From NCBI RefSeq assembly GCF_002945325.1, contig NZ_CP026606.1, positions 390,001 to 422,000 on the forward strand: DNA of 32,000 nucleotides. The letters are read 5' to 3'. How positions within the stretch are numbered: position 1 is the first letter of the stretch; every line of letters begins with the position of its first letter. The notes beneath the pieces are model-generated. The model did not search any database. It saw only the letters and a list, made by a program, of their open reading frames with translations, and was not told where the DNA came from. The stretch is from Methanococcus maripaludis (GTDB lineage: Archaea; AGJL01; Methanococci; Methanococcales; Methanococcaceae). The position numbers and the translations under genes were made by a program. Positions 16,175-25,428 of this stretch are shown here, one piece after another.

Positions 16175-17017
16175 ATGGATATTTTAAAAGAACTTCCAAT
16201 AACGGACAATCACATCCATATCGACCCGATAAATGGTCTTGGGCCAGAAAAAGTTGCAAAAACTTTTAAAAATGCAGGCGGTAAGGTTATGATTATACCA
16301 AATAAACCTGCATTTAGTACCAATTTAACTAAACCAATGGATGAAATGCTTTCGATAATTGAAAAAGTAAGGGAAAATGGAATAATTGCATTTGGAATTT
16401 TAGGGGTCCATCCTGCTGAATTAACCGTAATGCTCAGAAATGGAATCGAACTTGAAACTGCAAAAAATTACATGATAGATGCACTTGATTATGCAAAAAA
16501 TATGGTTTTAGAAAATGAGTTTTTAATTGGAATGGGTGAAGTTGGAAGGCCCCACTTTGAAGTTGAAGAAAAAATATGGGATGTTTCAAATGAAATTTTA
16601 AATTATTCGATGGAAATTGCAAAAGATATCGATTGTGCAGTTCAAATCCATGCTGAAAGTGCATCAAGAGAACAGTTTAAAGAATTTTCAGAAATGGCAA
16701 AATCAGTAAAACTTTCTCCAAAAAAAGTAATAAAACATCACTCTTCAGACATGGTTTTAGAAGGCGAAGAATTTGGAATTTTTCCATCAATCGTTGCTTC
16801 AAAGCCAGTTGATACTGCAATTGAAAAATCTAATCGATTTTTGATGGAAACAGACTACATTGACGATTTAAAAAGGCCAGGTGTTGTTCTTGGAATAAAA
16901 ACGGTTCCAAGAAAAACTAGACAGTTGCTTGAAAATGAAATAATTGATGAAGAAATTTGTTTTAAAATCCATAAAGAAAATGTAGAAAAAGTTTATGGGA
17001 TTGAAATCGATTTTTAG
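16175..17017 (+). CDS. TatD-related metal-dependent hydrolase
   Basis: 280 aa. Contains the N-terminal DNHIHIDP metal-ligand motif, [15 protein letters not shown] and IKHHSS, which is a TatD/amidohydrolase His/Glu/His/Asp ligand pattern. The ATG lies 1 nt after the preceding stop. Confidence 0.8.
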   Translation: MDILKELPITDNHIHIDPINGLGPEKVAKTFKNAGGKVMIIPNKPAFSTNLTKPMDEMLSIIEKVRENGIIAFGILGVHPAELTVMLRNGIELETAKNYMIDALDYAKNMVLENEFLIGMGEVGRPHFEVEEKIWDVSNEILNYSMEIAKDIDCAVQIHAESASREQFKEFSEMAKSVKLSPKKVIKHHSSDMVLEGEEFGIFPSIVASKPVDTAIEKSNRFLMETDYIDDLKRPGVVLGIKTVPRKTRQLLENEIIDEEICFKIHKENVEKVYGIEIDF

Positions 17018-17706
17018 AATGGAATTAAAAGATCAAGTATCCTATCCCCAATTATTGGAGTTACTAAGTAAGATAGTGTTATTGGAATAATAAGTGGAAT
17101 TTGTGGCGTAACCCATATTTCTTCTTCATCATCATATTTTGAAAAGTCTTCATCGTCAGATGTAGGGAAAAAGTTTATCTTATCATTTTGGCCCATTATC
17201 AACCTTTTCTGCTCTTTTGCAACATTAACTTTCATTTTTTCTCCAAAAAACATTAAAATAACTTCTTTACCGGTTTTTGGTCTTGCACCATTCAAAATAT
17301 TTCTAAATAAAATAACAAACGGCAAAAAAACCATGAAAAATATGCCGTTTATGAAAACCATTATCGGAAAATTTGGTACGTAATTTAAGTTTAAAAGGGT
17401 TCCAAGGGAAGTGTATATTGGCATCTGGAATTTTGGAACTAATGCACCAAGCCCGATTAGTATTTTTCCATCCCCTCCGCCAATACCTGATAAAAACATC
17501 ATATATCCTAGAATAAAGCAGATTACAAATCCCGAAATTGAATTTATCAAAATTGAATAATTTGAAAGCGTAAATGATGTATAAATTGCAAATAAAACAC
17601 CAAATACTGCTAAAAAAATCCAGATGTAGTCTTCAATTTCTCGACTCCTAAAATCCTGAACTGATGCTAAAAGTAATCCGAGTACTCCAATGATGTATTC
17701 TATCAA
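17014..17706 (-). CDS. flaK: Preflagellin (archaellin) signal peptidase FlaK, A24/GXGD aspartyl protease
   Basis: 230 aa polytopic membrane protein. Asp18 lies in [13 protein letters not shown] and Asp79 lies in the GXGD motif ([10 protein letters not shown]). This matches the length and catalytic Asp18/Asp79 I recall for M. maripaludis FlaK. Confidence 0.92.
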   Translation of the reverse strand: MIEYIIGVLGLLLASVQDFRSREIEDYIWIFLAVFGVLFAIYTSFTLSNYSILINSISGFVICFILGYMMFLSGIGGGDGKILIGLGALVPKFQMPIYTSLGTLLNLNYVPNFPIMVFINGIFFMVFLPFVILFRNILNGARPKTGKEVILMFFGEKMKVNVAKEQKRLIMGQNDKINFFPTSDDEDFSKYDDEEEIWVTPQIPLIIPITLSYLVTPIIGDRILDLLIPF

Positions 17707-17749
17707 ACTATCGCCCTTTAACGTTAATTATCTATAAATTATATCAAAA

Positions 17750-18352
17750 CTATTCCTTTCTCACATTTAAGGATTTTAAAACCCTGTATCCGCCAGATAT
17801 TGTAACTGTTTCAACATTTCCAAAAATTTCTTCCATATATTTAGCAAGTGACTTTGCACCATGTTTTGTTTGGATAACTACCCAAATTGATCCATTTTCA
17901 TTTAAAAGATCGTGTCCTTTTGAAATAATTTTGTGTATTAAATCTTTTCCTGCTTTTATAGGGGGATTTGATATAATTACGCTGTATTTTTTATTGTTTA
18001 CTTTTTCAAATAAATCCCCTTGAAAAACTTCTATATTTTTTTCAGATTTTCCATTTAATTTTATATTTTTTCTCGTCAACCCTACAGAACGGTTGTTTAA
18101 ATCAGTCATTGTAACCGAATTAACTTCATCTGCAATAGAAATACCTATAACTCCGTATCCGCATCCAACATCTAAAACATCGTCGTCTTTTGAAACTTCT
18201 AACTCTTCTACAAGTATTATGGTTCCTTTATCAATTTTTTTCGGTGAAAAAACTCCACTATCCGTCTTAAATGAAAATCTTTTTCCCCGAAGCATTCCCG
18301 AGATAGTAGACTCATCATGTTTTGAATCAGGATTTTCTGAAAAATAATGCAT
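17750..18352 (-). CDS. Class I SAM-dependent methyltransferase, MTS (RsmC/RlmG-like small) domain
   Basis: 200 aa. Contains VLDVGCGYGVIGISIA (SAM motif I) and IISNPPIKAGK (the NPPxxxG substrate-N motif). Confidence 0.85.
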   Translation of the reverse strand: MHYFSENPDSKHDESTISGMLRGKRFSFKTDSGVFSPKKIDKGTIILVEELEVSKDDDVLDVGCGYGVIGISIADEVNSVTMTDLNNRSVGLTRKNIKLNGKSEKNIEVFQGDLFEKVNNKKYSVIISNPPIKAGKDLIHKIISKGHDLLNENGSIWVVIQTKHGAKSLAKYMEEIFGNVETVTISGGYRVLKSLNVRKE

Positions 18353-18475
18353 GGCATTTCAACTCTTGAATTTAATATCCTAAATATTTAGGTATACTTT
18401 AAATATAAGATGTATATTAAATTTTATCTTCAACATGTATTTTTTGATTGTTTTGATTTTATTAGCGGTGGTACT

Positions 18476-19390
18476 ATGGATTTATTAACACTCTGGAATT
18501 TAGAGCGAGAAGAAGTTTTAAAAATTATTGAAGATGCTGAATACTTTAAGAAAAATAGATACGGGCATGAAATACTCAAAAATAAGAGTATCGCATTGAT
18601 TTTTGAAAGCCCGTCTACAAGAACCAGAATGAGTTTTGACCTTGCAGTAAATGAACTTGGTGGGCACTCCTTGATGATGAATGAAGGAGAAATCCACCTT
18701 GGGAAAAAAGAAAGCATTGCTGACACTGCACGAGTTATGAGCAGATTTGTTGATGCAATCGTTGCAAGAGTTAAAAATCACAAAACACTGGAAGATCTTG
18801 CAGAATATGGGAGTGTTCCCGTAATTAATGCACTCTGCGACCTTGCACACCCTTGCCAGATATTGGCAGATTTACTTACGATGAAAGAAAGTGGCAAAAA
18901 CTTCAAAGGATTAAAATTAGCATACTTTGGTGATGGAAACAACGTATCAAACTCACTAATGATTGCTGGAGCAATTTTGGGAATGGATGTTGTTATTGCA
19001 ACTCCTAGAAGTTATGAACCAAACGGACTTTTCGTTAAAAAAGCGCTTGAAATAATTGCAAAATATGGGGAAGGAAGTTTAACATTAACTGATGACCCAG
19101 AAATTGCTGCAAAAGATGCCGATGTTTTATATACTGACGTATGGATCAGTATGAGTGACAAAAATAAACAGATGGATGAAATATTAAAAATATTCCCAAA
19201 ATTCCAGATAAATGCTGAAATTTTATCAAAAGCAAAAAAAGATGCAATAGTACTCCACTGCCTTCCTGCAAACAGGGGATTAGAAATTACTGATGAAGTA
19301 ATCGATGGAAAACATTCAAAAGTATTTGATCAAGCTGAAAACAGGTTGCACGCTCAAAAAGCAGTATTAAAATACATTTTTGAACATTAA
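18476..19390 (+). CDS. argF: Ornithine carbamoyltransferase
   Basis: Contains [10 protein letters not shown] (carbamoyl-phosphate site), [24 protein letters not shown] and HCLPANRG motifs. The track ORF starts at 18410. I prefer ATG 18476 (MDLLTLWNL), which is preceded by an SD-like GGTGGT. Confidence 0.93.
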   Translation: MDLLTLWNLEREEVLKIIEDAEYFKKNRYGHEILKNKSIALIFESPSTRTRMSFDLAVNELGGHSLMMNEGEIHLGKKESIADTARVMSRFVDAIVARVKNHKTLEDLAEYGSVPVINALCDLAHPCQILADLLTMKESGKNFKGLKLAYFGDGNNVSNSLMIAGAILGMDVVIATPRSYEPNGLFVKKALEIIAKYGEGSLTLTDDPEIAAKDADVLYTDVWISMSDKNKQMDEILKIFPKFQINAEILSKAKKDAIVLHCLPANRGLEITDEVIDGKHSKVFDQAENRLHAQKAVLKYIFEH

Positions 19391-19411
19391 TTTAAGTTTA
19401 CTTTTTATTTT

Positions 19412-20302
19412 TTAATTTTTAACTGTATCAGAAACTTTACTTTTTTCGATTGTAACAATTATTACCGAAATTAAAACTAAAATACTTCCTAAACCAATTT
19501 TAAAGCTCAATACTTCATTTAATAACAGTATACCAAGAATTATACTTACAATTGGTTCTAGTGTGCTCAATATCGCGGTATTTGACGGACCTATCAATTT
19601 TATTCCTTCTAAAAATGCAATCAGTGCCAAAACCGTGCAAAATATCGAAATAATTCCAATCGATGCGTAACTTGAAAATGCCATGTTTAATGTTAAATTA
19701 TTTGTAAATAGGCCGTAAATAAAAAGTAAAACTGAAGAAAGAATCGATAAATAAAATATAGTTACATAAGAGTCTATTTTTGAATATTTGCATTTTCCAG
19801 CAGAAACAATGTATCCTGCATAAACTAAACCCGATCCTGCTGCAAGTAACACCCCATAAATATCAAAACCGGTACAGTTTCCACCCAAAAGACAGTACAT
19901 TCCCAAAAATGAAAAAATAAGTGCCAAAACCTTATTAATCCCTAAATTTTCATTAAAAATACTTATCATTAATAATGTAACCGTTACAGGGTATATAAAG
20001 TGAAGTGTAGTTGCAATGCCTGTCGGTATATAATTATAAGCTTCATAAAGGAATACCGTGTTTAAAGCGTACAAAAATGCGCCATAAAATAAAATTTCTA
20101 CAAAATTGTGCCCTGAAATTTTTAAACTTATTTTTTTAAATTTTAAAAATACGTATAAAATTAATCCTGCAATCAAAAAACGAAACATTAGTGTAGTAAC
20201 TGCATTTGCTCCGCCGTCATATGCAAATTTAGTCAAAAAAGGCATTATACCAAATGCAACGGATGAATAAATTGTATATGCAGTTCCTTTTACTTTGTTC
20301 AT
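19412..20302 (-). CDS. EamA/DMT-superfamily transporter (10 TM)
   Basis: 296 aa. The protein is uniformly hydrophobic with two EamA-like halves and about 10 predicted TM segments. Confidence 0.8.
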   Translation of the reverse strand: MNKVKGTAYTIYSSVAFGIMPFLTKFAYDGGANAVTTLMFRFLIAGLILYVFLKFKKISLKISGHNFVEILFYGAFLYALNTVFLYEAYNYIPTGIATTLHFIYPVTVTLLMISIFNENLGINKVLALIFSFLGMYCLLGGNCTGFDIYGVLLAAGSGLVYAGYIVSAGKCKYSKIDSYVTIFYLSILSSVLLFIYGLFTNNLTLNMAFSSYASIGIISIFCTVLALIAFLEGIKLIGPSNTAILSTLEPIVSIILGILLLNEVLSFKIGLGSILVLISVIIVTIEKSKVSDTVKN

Positions 20303-20379
20303 TGTATAACTCGCGAATATCTTTAAGAACTATTGATAAATCGCTTTATGTATATAAATATTGCTAAGTTACATAAAAA

Positions 20380-21039
20380 TTATCTTTCAAAAGCGCCATT
20401 TAGCTTTTTTTCAATTTTCCACGAGCTTATCGAGATTATTGACACCAATAATAAATAAATAAGTCCTATTGTTAAGTATATCTCAAAAGGTCTCGATGTT
20501 CTTGTATAAATTAACTGCCCTATTCGTGTGAGTTCGGTAATGGCAAGAACAGATATTAACGAACTTTCTTTTAAAATTGACGAAAATGAATTTACAAGAG
20601 GCGGGATAGTTATCCTGAAAGCTTGTGGAAGTACAATATAAACCATACTTTCAATTTTGCCCATTCCAAGTGATTCTGCGGCCTCAAACTGGCCTACTGG
20701 AACTGACTGTATCGCAGCCCTTATTATCTCTGAAATATATGCTCCGCCATTTAAGGAGAGTCCAAGAACTGCTGCAAAAGTGCCTGACATTGTAATTCCA
20801 ACCGATGGAAGCCCATAATATATAAAAAACAGCTGGATTAAAAGAGGAGTTCCCCTAAAAACTTCGACATAAGCCATTAAAACTAGGTCTAAGGTTTTTG
20901 AAAAATTCATTGCTCGTATGGAACCAACTAAAACTGCGATAATAACAGACAGCAAAAAAGACATTATCGTTATTTTTAGAGTAACAAAAACTGCATCGAT
21001 AATGAAAGGAATATTGTCAAAAACAATGTAAAATTTCAT
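20380..21039 (-). CDS. Polar amino-acid ABC transporter permease (HisM/GlnP type)
   Basis: 219 aa. Contains the EAA loop FEAAESLGMGKIESMVYIVLPQAFRITIPPL and the FRGTPLLIQLFFIYYGLP motif. Confidence 0.9.
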   Translation of the reverse strand: MKFYIVFDNIPFIIDAVFVTLKITIMSFLLSVIIAVLVGSIRAMNFSKTLDLVLMAYVEVFRGTPLLIQLFFIYYGLPSVGITMSGTFAAVLGLSLNGGAYISEIIRAAIQSVPVGQFEAAESLGMGKIESMVYIVLPQAFRITIPPLVNSFSSILKESSLISVLAITELTRIGQLIYTRTSRPFEIYLTIGLIYLLLVSIISISSWKIEKKLNGAFER

Positions 21040-21073
21040 AAAAACACCAAAATTAGTTTAAAAGTTTAGAAAA

Positions 21074-21904
21074 TTATTCTAAACTCAACCATTTGTCTTG
21101 GATTTCATCGTATTTTCCATTTTCTTTTATTTTTGAAAGTGCTTCATTTAATTTAACAGTTAGTTCTTTTGCACCTTCTTTTTGAACCATTACAATTTCT
21201 GCAGAAGACATTGGAGTATCGAGAACTTTTAAATCAGGATATTTTGAAATTTCAGATAATACGTAAGTATATCCAACAACAACTGCGTCAGATCTGTTAT
21301 TTTGAAGATCAATCATTGCTTCAGGATTGTAGTTATATCTTTTTATTTCTTTTATTCCCAAAAGTGCATCAACTGCCTGTTCACTGCCTGAACCAAGCTG
21401 TACCCCAACTATTTTTCCAGATAAATCTGAAACATTGTTTATTTCATTGTTATCATTTCTTACAACAATTACATCATTTAATTCGTAGTAAACGTCACTC
21501 ATTTCTACATTTTCAACAGATGCTTCTTTTTTAGACATGCAAGTGATTAATGTATCATAATCTCCTTTTGAAAGCCCGCCTAAAAGTGCTTGCCATTCTG
21601 CATCAACAATTTCAACTTCAATTCCTAGTTCTTCACCAAGAGCATTTGCAAGGTCTACATCAAAACCTTCGATTTCGCCAGTTTTTTCATTTCTTGATTC
21701 AAATGGTGGCCATGCTGCACAAAGTCCTACTTTTAATACACCACTTTCTTCAACATTTTTCCAAGAATTATCTTCAGTAGTTTGAGCTTCAGAATTGGAA
21801 ACACAACCTGAAAACGCTAAAACTGCCCCAATAAGCCCTATAATCAATATTAGTACTTTATTATTCATGTAAACTTCACCAAATGTTCTTTTAAGAATAT
21901 TCAT
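21074..21904 (-). CDS. Polar amino-acid ABC transporter substrate-binding protein (family 3), lipobox-like anchor
   Basis: LKVGLCAAWPPFESRNEKTGEIEGFDVDLANALG and GKIVGVQLGSGSEQ fit SBP_bac_3. The signal sequence ends in LAFSGC. The likely start is ATG 21868 (MNNKVLILI). Confidence 0.88.
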   Translation of the reverse strand: MNILKRTFGEVYMNNKVLILIIGLIGAVLAFSGCVSNSEAQTTEDNSWKNVEESGVLKVGLCAAWPPFESRNEKTGEIEGFDVDLANALGEELGIEVEIVDAEWQALLGGLSKGDYDTLITCMSKKEASVENVEMSDVYYELNDVIVVRNDNNEINNVSDLSGKIVGVQLGSGSEQAVDALLGIKEIKRYNYNPEAMIDLQNNRSDAVVVGYTYVLSEISKYPDLKVLDTPMSSAEIVMVQKEGAKELTVKLNEALSKIKENGKYDEIQDKWLSLE

Positions 21905-22037
21905 TCTAAATTGTCTATTAAAATATATATTAATTGTTGAAAAATTAGCTAATATTTAATTAATACATTAATTTTACTAATAGCCAATATACTGAAAAAT
22001 GAGCAGAAAACTAAATTTATAAAAAATTAAAAAAGAA

Positions 22038-22586
22038 TTAAATAAATCTTTTTAAATATTCAAGGGAATTTTCGATATTTTCTTCATCAATTGCAACACA
22101 TTTGATTGTTATTTCATTCTCATTGAGTATTTTTAAAATTTCATCCATAAATATCCCTTTTTCAGGAATCATTTCTAATTTTTCAACTTTTTCGGCCATA
22201 TTTCCATTGCTAGAATACCCGCCCCATTCTTTTGAAGAACAGGTTTCATTTATCCCACAACTTGGACTTTTATCAATTCCAATTAATAGTGGTACTTCAT
22301 AGCCATTTTTTATATAATCTTGAACCTGTTCTAAAATTGGTTGAAATAATTTCCGGCTTACATTTCTAAAATGGGGGGTATCAAACTGTTCTTTTACATG
22401 GCCCCATCTTTTTATTCCATAAATTGCCATTTCAGGACAGGGCATTTGAATAATTCCATAACCTTCATCCATTAAATAATTCATAACGTCTTTTAACATA
22501 CCGCCGTATTCGGATAAGCCTTCAACTTTTGAATTGGCGTTTAAAATACAGTGTGATACAAGTGCTATTTTTTTATTCCTTTTCAT
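22038..22586 (-). CDS. DUF523/TudS-like putative [4Fe-4S] protein
   Basis: 182 aa. Three Cys residues occupy the characteristic contexts: VSHCILNAN, MPCPEM and DKSPSCG. These are the positions of the cluster ligands in DUF523 (2-thiouracil desulfurase family) as I recall them. Confidence 0.6.
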   Translation of the reverse strand: MKRNKKIALVSHCILNANSKVEGLSEYGGMLKDVMNYLMDEGYGIIQMPCPEMAIYGIKRWGHVKEQFDTPHFRNVSRKLFQPILEQVQDYIKNGYEVPLLIGIDKSPSCGINETCSSKEWGGYSSNGNMAEKVEKLEMIPEKGIFMDEILKILNENEITIKCVAIDEENIENSLEYLKRFI

Positions 22587-22595
22587 TTTATCCTC

Positions 22596-23180
22596 TTAAA
22601 TTACGCCTTTTGTACTTACAATTCCTTTTCTTTCGTCTATTTGCGTTGCCATATCCATTGCAACACCGAATGCCTTAAAGAGAGCTTCTACTTTGTGGTG
22701 TTCGTTTTCACCAGTTACTTCGAAATGTAAATTTATTTTTGCATTGTTTGAGAATGATTCAAAGAAGTGTACCACATTTTCAGTTGAAAAACTGCCTATT
22801 CTTTCAGTGTTTGGAACATAATTTCCAACAACAAATGGCCTTCCGCCAATATCAATAGATACTGTTGCTTTTGCCTCATCCATTGGAATTATTGCCCACC
22901 CAAATCTTTTGATGTTCTTCTTTTCCATGTTTTCAAATGCTTTACCTAAAACAATACCGACATCTTCTACAGTGTGGTGGTCATCGATCTCTAAATCCCC
23001 TAAAACATCCAATTTTAAATCAAATGAACCGTGTTTAGCAAATGACGATAAAACATGGTCAAAAAAAGGAACTCCGGTAGTTATTGAATATTTTCCTGTC
23101 CCGTCAATGTTTAATTCAAGCTGTATTTTTGTTTCATTGGTATCTCTTTTTACTTTGAAGGCTCTCATGATATCCCCCAA
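22596..23180 (-). CDS. hisB: Imidazoleglycerol-phosphate dehydratase
   Basis: Contains [30 protein letters not shown] and [16 protein letters not shown] motifs. The likely start is ATG 23168 (MRAFKVKR). Confidence 0.95.
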   Translation of the reverse strand: MGDIMRAFKVKRDTNETKIQLELNIDGTGKYSITTGVPFFDHVLSSFAKHGSFDLKLDVLGDLEIDDHHTVEDVGIVLGKAFENMEKKNIKRFGWAIIPMDEAKATVSIDIGGRPFVVGNYVPNTERIGSFSTENVVHFFESFSNNAKINLHFEVTGENEHHKVEALFKAFGVAMDMATQIDERKGIVSTKGVI

Positions 23181-23243
23181 TTTTTGGCTAATAATATATT
23201 ATATCCCGTTATTTATACTTTTAATCAGGTATCCTTTAAAAGT

Positions 23244-24548
23244 TTATTTTTTCAACTGTTCGCCTACAATTTCGTTAACTTTTTCCAAAAATTCATTCAT
23301 GTAGTTTTTCTGAATCGCAGCACCTGATGCGATATTGTGTCCACCACCATCTCCACCAAATTCTTTTGAAACTGCCATTGCCTCAGAAAGATTTAACCCG
23401 CATTCAACAAGTTCTTTACTGCCTCTCGAAGAAACCTTATAAATTTCGCCCTGCTCATTAAATCCAAGTACGGGCTTATCTTTTACCATTAAAGCTGATA
23501 TTATGCCAGTTTTTCCCTTTTCCCCGATAAAATATTCAATATTTTCCATCGAGGTTAGTTTTACATTTTTTAATTCTTCGATTAGTTCGTCTTTATATTT
23601 TTTGTATAAATTCTCGCCCTGTCTGATGCATTCATCATCTCCAAGCAAAATTCCAATTCCTACTGAGGTCATCTCTTTTCTACCGCAAGCATTTAAAACT
23701 TCGGAAAGATAAAACGCATCGTTTAATTTATGATTTATTTCGTACCGATCAGCAATTAATTCGTTATTTTTGTTAAAACTTTTGAAATATTCGAGCAAAT
23801 TTTCTTTTTCAGCCACAGTTATTCCTTTTTTTTCAGGATTTATACCTAATTCTTCAAGAATTTCTTTTATTTTATCAATACTATCCAATTCTCGAATATA
23901 AGGCTGGGTTGAGTAATATATTGAACTTGAAATTGGTAAATTGTAACAATTATAGACAATATCTTTTATAACGCTCAAATAACGGTATTTTCTAGCTTCA
24001 TTTAAAATATATTTATTTAATCCAATAAATGGCAGATGCTGCATGTCCCCAATTGCTCCAACAATTGCAACAGTTGCTAAATCATAATATTCAAACAATC
24101 TTGCAATTAAATAACAAACACCACTTGCAGAAATTTCTTTTGCACCGTTTGCCCCAAATAAATGAGGATTTAACTGTAAAATATTCCCAATCTCGGTTTC
24201 TGCAACTTCTGGCGGGTGGTGGTCCAGAATTACTGCATTGAATTGAAACTTATTTATCAGGTTAATCTGACCGCTTCCCATGTCACAAAATATAAACATT
24301 TTATCGCTTTCTTTTGAAAGTTCTTCGACTGATTCTTTTGATAAATGCTCCAAAATAGTCATGTGCACATTTTTATTTAGCCTTAGAAGTGTTTTCAACA
24401 TTATTGAACCCGCGGTCAGCCCATCGGGATCGTGATGTGTAACGATTCTTATTAATCCGTCACAATTTTCTATTTTTTCTTTTATTTTTCCAGTTATCTG
24501 GTTAAATTTAGAAATGTCTTCAATCGGGAGTATATCCATAAAAATCAC
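23244..24548 (-). CDS. Archaeal RecJ/Cdc45-like DHH-DHHA1 phosphoesterase (single-strand nuclease)
   Basis: 434 aa. DHH motifs are present (IVTHHDPDGLTAG, CDMGSG, ILDHH), along with the DHHA1 motif GGGHNIASGA. Start is GTG 24548 or ATG 24539. Confidence 0.8.
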   Translation of the reverse strand: MIFMDILPIEDISKFNQITGKIKEKIENCDGLIRIVTHHDPDGLTAGSIMLKTLLRLNKNVHMTILEHLSKESVEELSKESDKMFIFCDMGSGQINLINKFQFNAVILDHHPPEVAETEIGNILQLNPHLFGANGAKEISASGVCYLIARLFEYYDLATVAIVGAIGDMQHLPFIGLNKYILNEARKYRYLSVIKDIVYNCYNLPISSSIYYSTQPYIRELDSIDKIKEILEELGINPEKKGITVAEKENLLEYFKSFNKNNELIADRYEINHKLNDAFYLSEVLNACGRKEMTSVGIGILLGDDECIRQGENLYKKYKDELIEELKNVKLTSMENIEYFIGEKGKTGIISALMVKDKPVLGFNEQGEIYKVSSRGSKELVECGLNLSEAMAVSKEFGGDGGGHNIASGAAIQKNYMNEFLEKVNEIVGEQLKK

Positions 24549-24600
24549 TTAAAAAAAGTTTTACATTTAATATATTTAACAAAATTAAAAAAAGTATTGG

Positions 24601-25212
24601 TTAACATCCAGTATACGTTGATTTTTCAACTACAGGACCATTTGGAATAAGTTCTTCAAACACCTGTGCTTGGAAAGACTTTATTTTAACGTCATATTCG
24701 ATCCAGGCAGTTGTGGGAAGCCCTGCTTTTAAACAGAGATTGGATAAAAACTGTTTTGTATCCCAATTATATTCTGTAGCCACCTGTGGAAGTAACAGCC
24801 CCCGGTATGGCCCAAATTCGATGATAAGTCCATCCCGTCCAACTTCAAGTTTTTCTAGATATTCCATCGAATCTTCGACTTCAACATCTTCAGGCGGTGT
24901 TAAAACACTAACTTCTATAATCGTATTTTTAAGTTCAGAATGTTTTAATGGCTGGAATCTAGGATCATGAACCGCTGCACTTATCGATGTTTCTTTTATT
25001 GCATCGATTAGTGACATTGCTGGCTCAGGAATTCCAATACATCCTCTTAAATCGTGTTCAGGATGCGTATGAAGCGATACAAATACTCCAAAAACATTGT
25101 TAAATTTATCAGGATATTTTTGGATATCTGGTTCTTCGCCTTTTAAATACTGTTTTATAACATTTCTAACATAACCGACTAATGAAGTCCCCTCTTCAAG
25201 CGTTAGTTTCAA
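24601..25212 (-). CDS. AMMECR1-domain protein (AmmeMemoRadiSam system protein A type)
   Basis: 203 aa. Contains LRGCIGIPEP (the conserved AMMECR1 RGCIG motif), DPRFQPL and GLLLPQVA. Confidence 0.9.
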   Translation of the reverse strand: MKLTLEEGTSLVGYVRNVIKQYLKGEEPDIQKYPDKFNNVFGVFVSLHTHPEHDLRGCIGIPEPAMSLIDAIKETSISAAVHDPRFQPLKHSELKNTIIEVSVLTPPEDVEVEDSMEYLEKLEVGRDGLIIEFGPYRGLLLPQVATEYNWDTKQFLSNLCLKAGLPTTAWIEYDVKIKSFQAQVFEELIPNGPVVEKSTYTGC

Positions 25213-25428
25213 TTTAAATCCCCCCTTATAATATAAAAACTAAAATAAGCCATTTATTTTATTATATCGCCTTTTTATCGATTAATTTATAAATTGGAAT
25301 AATTTTTGGAAAATACTACTGTTAAAAATTTTGTGTCATCAATTATAAATATTCTCGGATTAGATTTTTATGTTAATTAAATAACTAAAAAATACGAAAA
25401 ACGCTGTTAAAAATTAAAAAAAGAATAT

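Noticed and set aside
17014-17017. Convergent 4-nt overlap of the TatD and FlaK stop codons (TTAG)
   Set aside because: It is real but trivial. It reflects compact genome packing, and there is no evidence of regulatory significance.
18410-18475. 22-codon N-terminal extension of argF ([22 protein letters not shown])
   Set aside because: The extension is hydrophobic and unlike any OTCase N-terminus, and it overlaps the promoter-like AT-rich region. ATG 18476 has an SD-like GGTGGT and gives a canonical OTCase N-terminus.
21169-21780. Two plus-strand ORFs (121 and 76 aa) inside the ABC substrate-binding protein gene
   Set aside because: Both are antisense to a clear SBP_bac_3 CDS. The Leu/Gln/His-rich sequence shows no domain features.
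25213-25428. 216-bp ORF-free spacer between moeA-PBP and the AMMECR1 gene, as a possible ncRNA locus
   Set aside because: It is uniformly AT-rich, with no stem-loops, conserved-looking GC cores or box motifs. It is most simply a terminator plus promoter region.
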